A DNA stretch of 64,000 nucleotides from Octopus sinensis (GCF_006345805.1 NC_043001.1:133610001-133674000); one strand, 5' to 3'. Shown: positions 1 through 13,546, counted from the stretch's first letter. Made by a program: numbers and translations. Notes: generated by a model not told the origin, from the letters alone.

Positions 1-419
1 GTCATAGTCGGGAAAGGCAAAACACTCAACAAAAGAATTTTTCAAATTCCATAGCCGAATAAAGACATGTGTCAGCGTGTGTGATTCGCTCTTTGAACAC
101 CTGCAGCAGTGAAGGAAGTCTTCGTTGCCTCAAATATGGAAAAGTGTATGGGTTTCTAGTGGTTGTGGAAAGTTACATCTGTGCTGCTCGTGTTTTAGAG
201 ATGCAGCCATCATATCTGTCCATCTGCCTGTATGTATGTATGTATGTATGTATGTATGTATGTATGTATGTATGTATGTATGTATGTATGTATGTATGTT
301 TGTTTGTATGTATGTTTGTATGTATGTATGTGTGTGTGTGTGTATGTATGTATGTGTGTGTATGTATGTATGTATGTAATGTATGTATGTATGCATGTAT
401 TTTTATGTATATAATATAT

Positions 420-718
420 CTTCCTTTTACTTGTTTCAGTCGTTTGACTACGGCCATCCCGAGGCACCACCTTGAAGGGCTTTAGTCGAGCAAATCGACC
501 CCAGGACTTATTCTATCTCTCTTTAGCCGAACCGCTAAGTTACGGGGGCGTAAACACACCAGCATCGGTTGTCAAGCGATGGTGGTGGAACAAACACAGA
601 CACACACACACACGACGATCTTCTTTCAGTTTCCGTCTACCAAATCGACAAGGCTTTGAACTAAACCCGGAACCATGTGGCTGGTAAGCAAGCTACTTAC
701 CACTCAGTCACTCCTACG
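420..718 (-). mobile_element. tRNA-derived SINE family B (CORE-SINE-like), internally deleted
   Basis: Matches the 13313-13801 copy at head and tail. Confidence 0.8.
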
Positions 719-906
719 CCTTTATATTTAGTTACTGGGTCATTCTCTTCTTTATTTACATATCCCTTGACGTGGTTTTAACTTTTGCCCTTGATTCAAA
801 CATAACTGACCAATTGTAGTGATGGATAAACTTAGGTCAATCTCATAACGGATAACAAGTGGTAGTCTCAACAATATTTCAGTAAGTACACTATTATAAA
901 AAACCT

Positions 907-1292
907 GTGGAGGCGCAATGGCCCAGTGTTTAGGGCAGCGGACTCGCGGTCGTAGGATCGCGGTTTCGATTCCCAGACCGGGCGTTGTGAGTGTTTATTG
1001 AGCGAAAACACCTAAAGCTCCACGAGTGCTCCGGTAGGGGATGGTGGTGATCCCTGCTGTACTCTCTCACCACAACTTTCTCTCACTCTTACTTCCTGTT
1101 TCTGTTGTACCTGTATTTCAAAGGGCCGGCCTTGTCACTCTCTGTGTCACGCTGAATATCCCCGAGAACTACGTTAAGGGTACACGTGTCTGTGGAGTGC
1201 TCAGCCACTTACACGTTAATTTCACGAGCAGGCTGTTCCGTTGATTCGGATCAACCGGAACCCTCGTCGTCGGAACCGACGGAGTGCTTCCA
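907..1292 (+). mobile_element. tRNA-derived SINE family A, full-length copy
   Basis: Head GGCGCAATGGCCCAGTG..GTTTCGATTCC has Pol III A/B boxes and a TCG (Arg) anticodon-like loop. The ~385-bp body ends in GGAGTGCTTCCA. Near-identical copies recur across the window. Confidence 0.9.
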
Positions 1293-1637
1293 TAAAAAGC
1301 CTACGATTTCGTACTGGATAAATATTAACTAACCCTACTTACAGTAACATAAGTGCTATTCTCTTTCTAGACATGTAAGTAATTTTCTTGTCTTATTTTA
1401 GTGCTAACTTCATTTCACAACTTTTCAAACATCCTGGCTCCCCACTCTCTTTATATAGAAAAATAACCCATAAATATTTCTCCAGACCACTGCTTGATCA
1501 CACTTTTGCCCATCGACTTCGAAGCTCTACGCTGGAAGATGGTATGATTTTAATATATTGAGCCTCCTGGCTTCTTCTCGAGGCCATGTTCTTTCCTATT
1601 CCCTCTTCCCTTTGTTTATTTTATTTGATGCTTTTGT

Positions 1638-1737
1638 ATTCACTCTGATGAAGCTCCATGTACTAATTCGAATGTTATTTTCGTAATTCTTTCGTAGGCA
1701 CCGACTGACATTGGAAACGGAAACGGCCGTAAGAATT
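1638..1737 (+). ncRNA. Decayed hammerhead-like motif (family H4)
   Basis: CUGAUGA at 1645-1651, GAAAC-GGCC-GUA at 1720-1731; stems I and II imperfect. Confidence 0.4.
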
Positions 1738-1834
1738 GTTGTCATGTTTTGTATTTAAAAAAATCTACAGATGTGGTCTAATTTGTCTATCTGTTAATCT
1801 AAATTTTCTCCATTTTCTGATTATAAAAATGTTT

Positions 1835-1881
<47 letters not shown>

Positions 1882-3991
1882 ACACAGAGTTTTTGAAAGA
1901 CTGCCCTAGCATGGCCGCAGTCTAATGCCCGAAGCAAGTAAAAGATAAAAGATATGTACGTATATATGTGTATATGTGTAAGAGAAATGTCATTATCCAA
2001 AGATAAAAGAATATTCATAGTTCTAAAAATGGCACACCATAATGGTAATCCTGTTGAATTGCCGATGGAATCCAGGTGACTGGCAGTATGAACGGCAAGC
2101 CAGTTGACGAGCTACGTTGGGCTCCTTGGCAGTCAGCGGGGAAGAGAGTAATTGATGAGTGGCGAAAGCTGTGGGGATGAGGTGGCAGAGGCAGACATGA
2201 TGAAACTTGACTCATCTCAACTGGCATCGGTTGTTAAACTTTTGTGTTGTTTGTGCATGTATGTGTTGTTGCTGTTGTTGTTGTTGTTGATGATGATGAT
2301 GATGATGAGTTCTAGAAGCGCTTTCTTTCTGGAATATGAACTAGACTCGGATGCAGGGCCCGCATAGAAATGTAACTGGTTAATAAGTACCTTCAGGGTT
2401 TACGAAAACATTTCGGGGTTAGCAAGAATGCTTAATGTGAAACATACGCAGGAGTGTACAGAAATAACAAGGCTATTGAAAGCTAACCTGTATATTCCAG
2501 GATTCCTGAGTTTTACTCTGACGACCCAGACTCGATTCCCGACATGGTAAGACATATTTTGGCGCAGGCATAGTTGTGTGGTTAAGAAGCTCGCTTTGCA
2601 GTCAGGTAGTTCCGGGTTCAATCCCGCTGCGTGGCACTTTGGGCAAGTATCTTTTACTATAGCCCCGGGCCGACCAATGACTTGTGAATGATATCGGTAG
2701 ACACAAAATGTGTGGAAGCCCATCACATAGATATATGTGAGTGAGTGCGTGTGTGTGTGTGTGTGTGTGTGTACGTGCGCGCATGGTCATAGTGTCACTG
2801 TTTGTCCCCCTTAACACACACACACACACACTGTTTAACAACCGTTGCTGGTTTGTTTGCGCCCCTGTAACTTAGCAGTTCGGCCATAGAGACGATAAAA
2901 TAAATACCAGATTTTAAGATTAAGTCTGAGGGTCGATTTTGTTTGACTGAAACCCTTCAGAGTGTCGCCTCGGCATTGTCACCGTTCAATGACTGTAATA
3001 AATAAAAGATACAAGGTTAAATATAAATGCTGTGTGAGAATTCTCTAACAATATTTACAGACCCATCACCATCACCCGGTATTACTGTTTTCCGGGTTGT
3101 TACTGTCTGCCCTTATGGGGAATTTATCAATGCTTTTGTAGTGATGCCTCTGCATCAATGTAGTTGTACCATTTACAAACTGTACTGATAAGCATATGCT
3201 TTAATTGTCATATTGCTTGTAATTCAATAGCTACGTTGATACAATTATCTAGTTTGTTTTTTTTTTGGTTCCATCGTAGACAACAGTCATTAATTAGTAG
3301 GAATATGTCAATAATTAACATGTTATTGTCATTTTTGTCATTTTTGCCATGTTTTTGAACATTTAAGTCGGTGCAAATTTGCTATGGTGCAAACAATTTT
3401 TTTAAACAGAAGCCTTGTGAATAGATTTGGTTGACGGAAACTGAAAAGAAGCCCATTGTATACGCGTGTGTGTGTGTGTCTGTCTGTATGTCTGTGCATG
3501 TGTGCGCGTGCACGTGTGTGTGTCTCCTTGTCTTGACATTGCATGACTATTGTAAACGATTGTCACGGTTATGCAGGCGGTGTCCTTCAGTTCCAAACTT
3601 CTGTGAAAGATGTGTCCAGCCGCGGAGAAATATTACGTTACTTGGAAATTGGCCACAGGAGAGATATCCGACTGCAGGAAACCAGCCTCAAGGAATTCTG
3701 TGCGACCCATGCGAGCAAGGAAAAACAGATGTTAAAAAGATGATTATAATCACACAATACGTAACTGAAGATTCAATATAGTATATAGAAAATGTCATAG
3801 AAACTGTCGTAGGTTAATAGATCTTTTATTAAATATTGTTGTGCTCATATGTCATTCTTTACTTTAAAAAGTCTCGGTCCAGTGTCAGATAGAATGAACT
3901 AACTCTGAAACTATTATTCACTTCAAATAAATCGAATATAGTAGTAATAGCCCTCTTTCATAATACAGCATCCAAAGTCACTTTAAATATA

Positions 3992-4476
3992 CCTTAAATC
4001 CTCGAGTATAATCCGCGTTTTTTCCCCAAAATTTAAAGGTCAAAATCCCTAGTGCGTGTTATACACGAGGTTAAAAATGAATACTATTTTCTAAGCAATG
4101 TTTATTCAGACGCATTTTGTGATGTCGGGCGCGAAAATACCTTAAGCTAAGCCTGAAAGCAATGAAGTCACAAAAGAATCATCCATAACTTGCAGTAAGC
4201 AACATTTATTAAACGTTATTACTGTTATTTCTTTATTTTCTGCAAACAAAATGCACAAAAAAGCTACACGTTTGCATTATGTTATATATACAATAATAAT
4301 AAAGGACGTTACCGTATACCTTTTTATTAGCCAAAGACGTTATATAGACTTCCTTGATTCAAGTTAGAGAAGGGGTGCGTATTACACACAAGGTTTAGGT
4401 TTTTCAGAGGTACAGTCTCCTACAAATCCCCTGCGTTTTATACTCAAGGGCGGACTATACTCGAGGATTTACGGTA
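3992..4476. mobile_element. pogo/Tigger-like MITE
   Basis: TIR AAATCCTCGAGTATA / TATACTCGAGGATTTACGGTA; a homologous copy lies in opposite orientation at 43063-43588. Confidence 0.8.
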
Positions 4477-4867
4477 CTTAATGAAAGGATGAAAGGTAAG
4501 GTTGATCTCGGTGGAATTTTAGCATGTAGCGAGATCTAGAATCGAAACCTCAGTTTCAGTTACTAGTTTAAGACCATACAAAGGTTAGGTGATGTGCCTT
4601 AGTTATTAATGAATCGGCTAGCAGAAATAGCACACCATATGCTGGTACATTCTACGAGGTTCTAGTGGTTGCCCTGCTTTTGTAGCTATAAAAACGAAAG
4701 CCTGCCGGGATCAACCAGAGTGGCTCTTCGAAGCATAGACAGCTAGCCTTTACGACCTCGAGTTTTCCTTGCTGAAATTCAGCCCGGAGTAAAGGTAGGA
4801 TGAACAAACGCTATTCCCGCCTCTCATCCGACATTAATCTTTTTCGTCCAAAACTTTTATATATAAA

Positions 4868-5249
4868 CTAGCACTCTGACCCGGCAACGCCGGGTCATAG
4901 TGCTAGTGCATACATATACAGCTGCGTGCGTGCGCACATACACGCGAGTACTGTCCAAACCTCCGACCAATCACATACAGCTAGCTGGCATTCAATTGGC
5001 GTATCAAGTTTCGGGCATTTTGATTGGGTTTTTGATAAAAAAAATTCACAAAAATGTCACTTCTATTGATGTTTTAATGGCTTTGCGGGGCGACTGGGGA
5101 AATGTAAAGATGTGGAAGACCACTCTTGGACGGTTTTGAACGACCATAGAAAGTGCAAGCCCTCTAACGGAAAAATTGTGGATTTGTATAAAGGATACAC
5201 ACACACACACACACACAGACAGACATTTTGCCGTTTATATATATGGAGA
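4868..5249 (-). mobile_element. Non-autonomous Helitron-like element with a palindromic end
   Basis: 41-nt hairpin ACTAGCACTCTGACCCGGC-AAC-GCCGGGTCATAGTGCTAGT; TC-TA-rich opposite end. Confidence 0.6.
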
Positions 5250-5339
5250 TGTAAATATTGTAAATTATTTTAATAATAATTAAATGTATGTCAACAATGT
5301 TCACAATTGATTTGTTATGGGACAACACGTAGCTAAGTA

Positions 5340-6015
5340 ATACCTATTTCTTTACTACCCACAAGGGGCTAAACACAGAGGAGACAAACGGACAGACAGA
5401 CGGATTTAGTCGATTATATTGACCCCAGTGAGTAACTGGTACTTAATTTATCGACCCCGAAAGGATGAAAGGCAAAGTCGACCTCGGCGGAATTTGAACT
5501 CAGAAACCAACAATGATCCTACACCCGAGTAAAACAAGCTCAGCGCGTAAATAGAAAAAATGCCGCTGTTTTGTTCAACGCTTCTTTCTAATTTTGGCAC
5601 AAGGCAAGTAATTTTCAAGGGTGGTGGAGAAATCGTTTACATAGACTCCAGTACTTCACTGGTACTTTATTTCTCGACCCAGAAAGAATAAACTTTAAAA
5701 TTGACTTCGGTAGGATTGAACCTAATGCGATCAATAATACCTATTTCTTTATTACCCACAAGGGGCTAAACACAGAGGGGACAAACAAGGACAGACATAG
5801 GTATTAAGTCGATTACATCGACCCCAGTGCGTAACTGGTACTTAATTTATCGACCCCGAAAGGCGATCAATAATACCCATTTCTTTATTACCCACAAGGG
5901 GCTAAACACAGAGGGGAAAAACAAGGACAGACATAGGTATTAAGTCGATTACATCGACCCCAGTGCGTAACTGGTACTTAATTTATCGACCCCGAAAGGC
6001 GATCAATAATACCCG
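5340..6015 (-). mobile_element. SINE family C cluster (one truncated copy plus a 136-bp tandem duplicate)
   Basis: Body ATACCTATTTC..CCCACAAGGGGCTAAAC..GACCCCGAAAGG; spacer GCGATCAATAATACC at 5727, 5863 and 5999. Confidence 0.85.
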
Positions 6016-6093
6016 TTTTAGGTATACCTAAGCACGAACAAAAACGCAGAAAAATCATGCACTCCTCTCAATATGTTGATGACATATTTACAG

Positions 6094-6610
6094 TACGGGG
6101 ATTGGCTGAAAAGTTCAATGGCTGACCAGATTACTCTCATGGAATGTGACCAAATAAGGTTATCTTTCAACATAGTTCCCCTTGCACAGTTCACACATTT
6201 CTATTGGAGACAGTCCTTGGGTCCCATTGCTGAAGAGCTTTCATCTTATTGATCAAAAGTCTTATCAACAACAGATACGACGTCATCATCACTGCAACAT
6301 TGGTTCTCAGCCAAGTATTTTTTTTCTTTTTTTTTTTCATGCTTGAAAACAGATGATAGTCAGATGGAGCCAAATCAGTAGAAAAGGGATTTTGATCAAC
6401 TAGTTCAAAGCCACAGTCGCGCACGGCAGTCATTAAGACGAAGGACTTGTGTGCTGGAGCATTGTCCTGATGAAACAAGACCCCCTTTCGTCAGTTTTCC
6501 TGGGTGTTTGGTCTCGGTAGTCTTTCGCAACTGCCTCGGCAAATTGGCATAATACTCTCCATTGAAGGTATGGCCCTTTTGAAGGTATTTTTTTTATTAT
6601 AGCCACACAG
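6094..6610 (-). mobile_element. Mariner transposase 3' remnant
   Basis: FHQDNAPAH and STDLAPSDYHLF motifs; TIR-like TACGGGGATTGGCTGAAAAGTTC at 6094. Confidence 0.85.
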
Positions 6611-6823
6611 AGCTAAACACAAAAATTGGACGAAATACAAACGTAGAGTTTTTTTCATTTTCGAGGTGGGGTGGGTGGGACACACAAAGAAAAGTCAAAT
6701 CAATAGGGATTGAAATCGTTGGGGTATGTGGTGTACGAAAATTATAATTTTCCAAGAAAACGGGAATAGATAATGTTCACAGTTTACTTGTTTCAGTCAT
6801 TTGGCCATGCTGGAGCACCGCCT

Positions 6824-6860
<37 letters not shown>

Positions 6861-7027
6861 TATATTTAGCAGAAGTAAAGTAACAGAGTGACTCAAGGTC
6901 CGAGAGTTTCGTGCGTTGGCACTTTGTTACTTCTATTAAATATTAATAAAAATATACATATATTCATATTTTGAGTTTTACTTTTTTCTGTTAACATCAA
7001 CATACCGGTATATATATATATATATTT

Positions 7028-7407
7028 CAGGGACGTGCCGCTTGTGTGGGTAAGGTAGGCAGTGCCTACCCTGAATAAAATAGATCGATAGTAACATTTT
7101 CCTTTTATGGCAAAATATGCACCTAATTCAATAAAATTATGAAGGTTACTCTGATTACTATGCATAAAATGCAATATATATATATATATATATGTGACCT
7201 CGTGTGTACCGTTGGCGATTTTTTTCCTCTGTCTTCCCTTCTCTGGATCTTTCCTTCTCCTATGTTTCCGACGAAGAGCTCCGCTCGAAACGTTAAACCC
7301 TCCTTCTTTCCTTCTTTCCTGAGCGTCCAATAATACTATGTTTGTTCCACGTCCTCGCGTTGTTGTGTTTCTTTTTTGTGCTTTCTTGTTTGGATTACTA
7401 TTATATT

Positions 7408-7441
<34 letters not shown>

Positions 7442-7678
7442 ATATTGTAATTGGGTAGGCATAATTCGCTCCTGCTTTTTAATCTCAATATTAAAACTAC
7501 GCATAGTACTGCTGCGTATATTCCCACAAACAATGTTTTCTTTACACGCTATAAAAGCAGAAATAAATTTGCCTTCAACTTAGTTGTGCGCCTATGTTTC
7601 GCTTATTCTTTTGTATGTTTTACTACATAAACGTCACCAACTGCCTACCCTGAATAATTACTCACGGCATGTGCCTGA
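7028..7678. mobile_element. MITE hosting a nested hammerhead element
   Basis: Ends CAGGGACGTGCCG / CGGCATGTGCCTG, with internal TGCCTACCCTGAATAA repeats. Confidence 0.55.
7264..7298 (+). ncRNA. Minimal type I hammerhead, family H1, with U4-to-C change
   Basis: GUUU-CCGACGA-A-GAGC(UCC)GCUC-GAAA-CG-UU-AAAC. Confidence 0.55.
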
Positions 7679-7959
7679 TATATATAAGTACCAACATATA
7701 TATAAATATGGAGGACGTTTGGACAATTGTGAAGAAGGTCTCTTTACATGAAACCATTGGTTGCCTTGTTACCTCAGTCATAAAAAAAATATTTATCCAC
7801 CAATGATGTGTTGAGTACATATTTTCTCGGTTTAGCGTAGGTTATTTAATTCTGTTATGTTATATTCCCATATTTCAAAGCTGTATGTTATTGATAACAG
7901 TGCGAGTGTATTAACGGTACAGAAGGTGTTCCTGCTCTTGAGATGAGTTTTAAATATTT

Positions 7960-8215
7960 CTGGTGACTCTCAAAATATTCATTTTTAATCCTCATTGAGA
8001 ATCTTCTATCACACAGTTTTATTCTCTTCTATGTCCAAATATTCGAAGAATGTGGAATTGTCCAGTTCTTGTATTTCTCTCCTCTCTAGAGTTCTAAATC
8101 ATTTTATCAACTGGTCTGTCTGCTTCTCTTTATTATCAATTTCTTGCATTCAAACACAAGAACAATTTAATGTCAATAGCAAACTGTTTGACAATACTAA
8201 GAAGATTCAAACAGG
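7960..8215 (-). pseudogene. Decayed R4/RLE-type non-LTR RT remnant
   Basis: LLSIVKQFAIDIKLFLCL...EIQELD...YLDIEEN; a related MEFGQDKC fragment lies near 33000-33021 (minus). Confidence 0.5.
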
Positions 8216-8244
8216 GAACTATGACATACAATTTCAAGTCATGT

Positions 8245-9050
8245 ATAGAAAGGCGATCGTGAAAAAGCTTGCCTTTCTCTGGGAGAAACTCTGGGCTTCG
8301 ACGAAAATCAACTGGCCAGCCTGTTCCAAAGAACATTCGGTCCGGGGCCTATGTATAATTACCAAAAGTCCCTGGCCTGGCAATGTTACAGAGGAGCTTT
8401 ACCGGTTCGAGATAAGCTCTTTAGACATGGGTGTGCACCTTCGCCGGTTTGTGCAAGATGTGAGAGGGACAGTGAAACTGTCCTGCACGCGATTGTGCAA
8501 TGCCCCAAGGTGACTGAACTCTGGGCTTATGTCGAACACCTGCTGTCGCATTCGAGAAGAGTACAACTGTCGAGCGAATCTGTAATGAAGATAGTTCCAC
8601 CGACCTGCCTGAATAGGGAGGAGCGAGCCTGTTTTCTCTCGGTAGTTGCTATGGCGAAAGAAGTAGTGTGGAAGACGAGAGTGAAAGGAATTGCAACAGT
8701 CATGTTTATCTCCAGTCTCGAGCTAATCGACTTTTTCGTTTTCCACATGAAACGGAAAATAAGGCTGGAGAAGAAATGCCTGTCGCAAAGTGTTTCGTAA
8801 AAGATGGAAGTCTGTAGCAAGTATGTTGCGAGCGAAAGAACCTGTCTAAACGACAATATAAAAAGGAGAAAGCAAAGTCTTCAGTGCAAGTATGTGGTTT
8901 GTGGGGTCGACCGCGTCCTCCGTTTCATTTTTTCTTAATCACTCATTCTCATTTAATTGTATATATTTTAATTGTTTGTTTATTCATACGTTTCGTCTCA
9001 TTCGATACCCTGACCCCAACGTTTGTTTTGTCCCCTCTTTTTCTCATAAA
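8245..9050 (+). mobile_element. L1/Tx1-clade LINE 3' fragment (zf-RVT domain plus 3' UTR)
   Basis: AWQCYRGALPVRDKL..CARCERDSETVLHAIVQC (CCHC zinc knuckle). Confidence 0.88.
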
Positions 9051-9056
9051 GAAATA

Positions 9057-9289
9057 CTCTCTCTCTCTCTCTCTCTTTCTCTCTCCTTCTCTCTCTCACA
9101 CACACGCACGCACTCACACAGACAGACATACACACATACACACACACACAAACACACACACACACACACACTCATTTATTGTCTCTCTCTCTCACTCACT
9201 TTTCTTACTGTCTGTCTGTCTCTCTCTCTCACTCTCTTCTCTCGCTCTCTCTTCTCTTCTCTCTCTCTCTTTCTCGCTCTTTCCCTCTG

Positions 9290-9356
<67 letters not shown>

Positions 9357-9439
9357 TGGTAGACAGACAGGCAGACATACATACATACATACATACATAC
9401 ATACAGACAGACAGACAACAGACAGACAGACAGACAGAC

Positions 9440-9489
<50 letters not shown>

Positions 9490-9490
9490 T
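9057..9490. repeat. (CT)n, (CA)n, (GATA)n and (CATA)n compound microsatellite
   Basis: Direct inspection. Confidence 0.95.
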
Positions 9491-10046
9491 ATCCAACTGC
9501 TTTTCTTTATAGGCCAACGTAAAGGTAACAAGTAAAGGAGGAAGTGATTACCGGAAGCACCCTTTCCTGAGAGAATTCTTGTACCTGTGTGAAGTTAGAG
9601 CTTTCTTTCATGATATTGTTGAAGTGCACTACGTCAAGCAATTTGATATCCAATCAGGTGGGACCGAATGAAAGACTTCTTATAGACGTGTCAATGTTTC
9701 TTCCTTTAAGAGGGTGAGATCTGATTCTATTCATAACAAAATCAAGTGACTACGTGGATCTGAACGTTTCTGTTTGGCATGTATTGTTAGCCGCTGTAGT
9801 TCAGTGGTTATATAGTTCAAGTGTTGAGAAAGAGATTGGGCAGTGGGAGAAAAAAAATACATTAGATAAAACCTTTTGTGCTTCACATAACGACAAATAA
9901 CCTGTTAATCGTTGAGAAGAATTGACTCACCCCAACTCCCAATTGTTGTCTAAACGTAGGAGAAAGAAAAGGAAGCCTGGGAACGGGTGATCATTTCTGG
10001 AAGAAATGCGTTCAGTATGTTTCAGTAGGTGATTTCATTGATGGAT

Positions 10047-10428
10047 GGAAGCACTCCGTCGGTTACGACGACGAGGGTTCCGGTTGATCCGAATCAACGG
10101 AACAGCCTGCTCGTGACATTAACGTGTAAGTGGCTGAGCACTCCACAGACACGTGTACCCTTAACGTAGTTCTCGGGGATATTCAGCGTGACACAGAGAG
10201 TGACAAGGCTGGCACTTTGAAATACAGGTACAACAGAAACAGGAAGTAAGAGTGACAGTAAGTTGTGGTGAAAGAGTACAGCAGGGATCACCACCATCCC
10301 CTGCCGGAGCTTCGTGGAGCTTTTAGGTGTTTTCGCTCAATAAACACTCACAACGCCCGTCTGGGAATCGAAACCGCGATCCTACGACCGAGAGTCCGCT
10401 GCCCTAACCACTGGGCCATTGTGCCTCC
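10047..10428 (-). mobile_element. SINE family A copy
   Basis: Reverse complement of 907-1292, flanked by the TGATTTCAT direct repeat (TSD). Confidence 0.9.
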
Positions 10429-11155
10429 TGATTTCATGGATAAAGGGGTGATGAGTAATAATACAACTGGACAAATGGCGGTGGAAGAATTGTTGTTCTT
10501 ACTGTCATCACCGTCGTTCTTGTTTATTTTATATCCTCTTAGGGGAACAATAGCGTCGATGCAGCATAGGAAGGCAAGCATTCATACATTTCTACCTCAT
10601 GAGAAGCCGTGTGAAGATTTGTGAGTTATCTACAGGTCCTGTCCCCAAAGTTGTCGTCGTTGTCGTTGCTGTATATTCTATATACCCTTAAGTGAACAAT
10701 AGCGCCGATGGTTACACTCCTTTTGTTTTGTTTTTTTTAACAGGGGCCTGTCTGATGGTGGGAGTAAAAAGGAAGTGAATGTAATGCAGTGGAGAACAAT
10801 TATTGGATGGGACTTCCCAAGGAAAGTACCAGTTCTCTTTTTGACAATGTCAGACATTGGCAAAAGATAAACACGCGGGTTCACACGTGCACACACAATA
10901 CACACACTCGAGTGTCTGTGGGTGATCACATGTCTGATTTATCCATTGTATATATATATATACGAAAGAAGGTTTGAAAATGCAATTTAAAAGATGTTTA
11001 TTTACTTTACCGGTTTCACTCTTTGGAAAAAGATTGTCAAAAGTAACATGTAGAGGTTTGGTTGCGTTAATTATTGGTTGTTGCAAATTGCTACATTACA
11101 TATATACAGTCTTTGGTAACAGGGACATGTTAAGGACATAAAAAAGTTCAACAAG

Positions 11156-11196
<41 letters not shown>

Positions 11197-11199
11197 CTC

Positions 11200-11370
11200 T
11201 CTCTAATTTGCCTTCAATGCTGGTTTCTCCTTCAAACTTCTTCATCCATCTACATACAATGCTCTAGTCATTGGTGTCATCTACATAAGCTACTTATAGC
11301 CTTCTATGGATGTCAGAGAGCCTGCAATTCCCATCTCCCATTTCGTCAAGGACTTGTAGCAGGAAAGAGA
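11200..11370 (-). mobile_element. Highly decayed mariner N-terminal remnant
   Basis: Hand translation DIHRRL*VAYVDDT..CRWMKKFEGETSIEGK. Confidence 0.55.
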
Positions 11371-11751
11371 ATGTTTGTCTTATGTTTATAAACATAACTT
11401 ATTGCTACATAAATTATGAAGATGTCCATGCAGAGTAAGAGAAAAAATATTCGGATGAAACGCGTATGACAAGTGCAGAAAGTCTTCGTTAGAAACTCAA
11501 CATTCTAGTTCGTTTTTACAAATCAATACATATTTGTGTTGCCGTGGTTTTCCTTCTTTTTCAGGCGTTTTAGGTTGAATATGCAGCTTTGAAAACAACT
11601 GTGTATGGGTTCGAACGCCACAAGGAACTGAACCACTCAGAAGTTTTGACGCTCAACTGAGCTACGTTCACAGAAGGTTTCTAATCATGCCACCAGACAA
11701 TCATTTGAAAAAAAAAAACCGTTGGTTTGACAGACGATCAACTTGTGATTT

Positions 11752-12138
11752 GTGGAGGCGCAATGGCCCAGTGGTTAGGGCAGCGGACTCGCGGTCATAG
11801 GATCGCGGTTTCGATTCCCAGACCGGGCGTTGTGAGTGTTTATTGAGCGAAAACACCTAAAAGCTCCACGAGGCTCCGGCAGAGGATGGTGGTGATCCCT
11901 GCTGTACTCTTTCACCACAACTTTCTCTCACTCTTACTTCCTGTTTCTGTTGTACCTGTATTTCAAAGGGGCCGGCCTTGTCACTCTCTGTGTCACGCTG
12001 AATATCCCCGAGAACTACGTTAAGGGTACACGTGTCTGTGGAGTGCTCAGCCACTTACACGTTAATTTCACGAGCTGGCTGTTCCGTTGATCGGATCAAC
12101 CGGAACCCTCATCGTCGTAACCGACGGAGTGCGTCCAC
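11752..12138 (+). mobile_element. SINE family A copy
   Basis: Full-length, with 13-bp TSD CAACTTGTGATTT on both sides. Confidence 0.9.
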
Positions 12139-12384
12139 CTCCAACTTGTGATTTCTATATGACAAAACGTGGGATCGAATTTATGAACTCAATGACGGCA
12201 CTTGCGTCTGCTTGAAATCCATCCATGCCAGCAACGAAAAAAACACAGGAAGAGGAGTAGCTGTAAAGGAAGAGTTACTCTCCCAACATGCGTAATTTGA
12301 ACGACCCGTACCACTTAATAAAAAAGTCATGCCCACTTTTGCTTTACTTTCGATACAACCCATGTTATGTATGACTGTACGACC

Positions 12385-12424
12385 GTGTGTGTGTGTGTGT
12401 GTTTGTGGTGTGTGTGTGTGTGTG

Positions 12425-12463
<39 letters not shown>

Positions 12464-12663
12464 TGTTGTGTGTGTGTGTGGTTGTGTGTGTGTGGTTTGT
12501 GTGTGTGTGTTTGTGTGTTTGTGTTGTGTGTGTGTGTGTGTGTTGTTGTGTGTGTGTGTGTGTGTTTGTGTGGTGTGTTGTTGTGTGTGTTTGTGTGTTG
12601 TGTGTGTTTGTGTGTGGTGTGTGTGTGTGTGTTTGTGTGGTGTGTGTGTTTGTGTGTGTGTTT

Positions 12664-12695
<32 letters not shown>

Positions 12696-12781
12696 TTGTG
12701 TGTTGTGTGTGTGTGGTTGTGTGTGTGTGGTTTGTGTGTGTGTGTGTTGTGGGTGTGTTGTGTGTGTGTGTGTGTGTGGTG

Positions 12782-12813
<32 letters not shown>

Positions 12814-12830
12814 GTGGTGTGTGTGTGTGT
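12385..12830. repeat. Interrupted (GT)n microsatellite
   Basis: Direct inspection. Confidence 0.97.
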
Positions 12831-13312
12831 TCAGTTCTATTCCTCTTGTTTCTTCCACCATATACATTTGTGTGTGTGTGTGTGTGTGCGTTCGTTCATC
12901 AATGATTATGGATGTCGTCAGAAGTGCACCCATAGATAAACATACCGATATACTTAAACAACTATACATACACATGTGGGTCTTTCTAAACACAGACAGA
13001 CGACTCATATACTCTCCCTATCCTTCTACTTTTAGTTACTATCCCTTTGCTGTGCAGCTCACATAAGAGAGATAGCACACAAAGCAGAGAGAGATGTCGG
13101 AGAGGGATGGTGCAGTATGAGAGAGAAAGTTTAAAGCTTCTTTGTTTAAAATCTAAATATTTTCAATTTTCCTAAGTCAATGTTTGTTTGACTTCTTTTC
13201 GTAAAACTAAATATTTAAGAAACTACGTCAGACTATCTATCCATCCCACTAATGAGGACAGCATTGCAGATAGTATCGGCAGTAATTAGCGCTGCTATGT
13301 AAATCACCTTGA

Positions 13313-13546
13313 TACTCTTTACTCTTTACTCTTTACTCTTTTACTTGTTTCAGTCATTTGACTGCGGCCATGCTGGAGCACCGCCTTTAGTCGAGCAAAT
13401 CGACCCCGGGACTTATTCTTTGTAAGCCCAGTACTTATTCTATCGGTCTCTTTTGCCGAACCGCTAAGTGACGGGGACGTAAACACACCAACATCGGTTG
13501 TCAAGCAATGCTAGGGGGACAAACACAGACACACAAACACACACAT

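Noticed and set aside
907-980. tRNA-Arg-like sequence at SINE A heads
   Set aside because: Acceptor stem not closed and contiguous with the SINE body; SINE heads, not tRNA genes.
1041-1244. Recurrent 67-aa ORF MVVIPAVL...SRLFR
   Set aside because: Lies inside SINE family A and recurs only because the SINE does.
3543-3743. 66-aa ORF containing DIRLQET (APE-endonuclease-like)
   Set aside because: A single short motif with no supporting upstream or downstream motifs.
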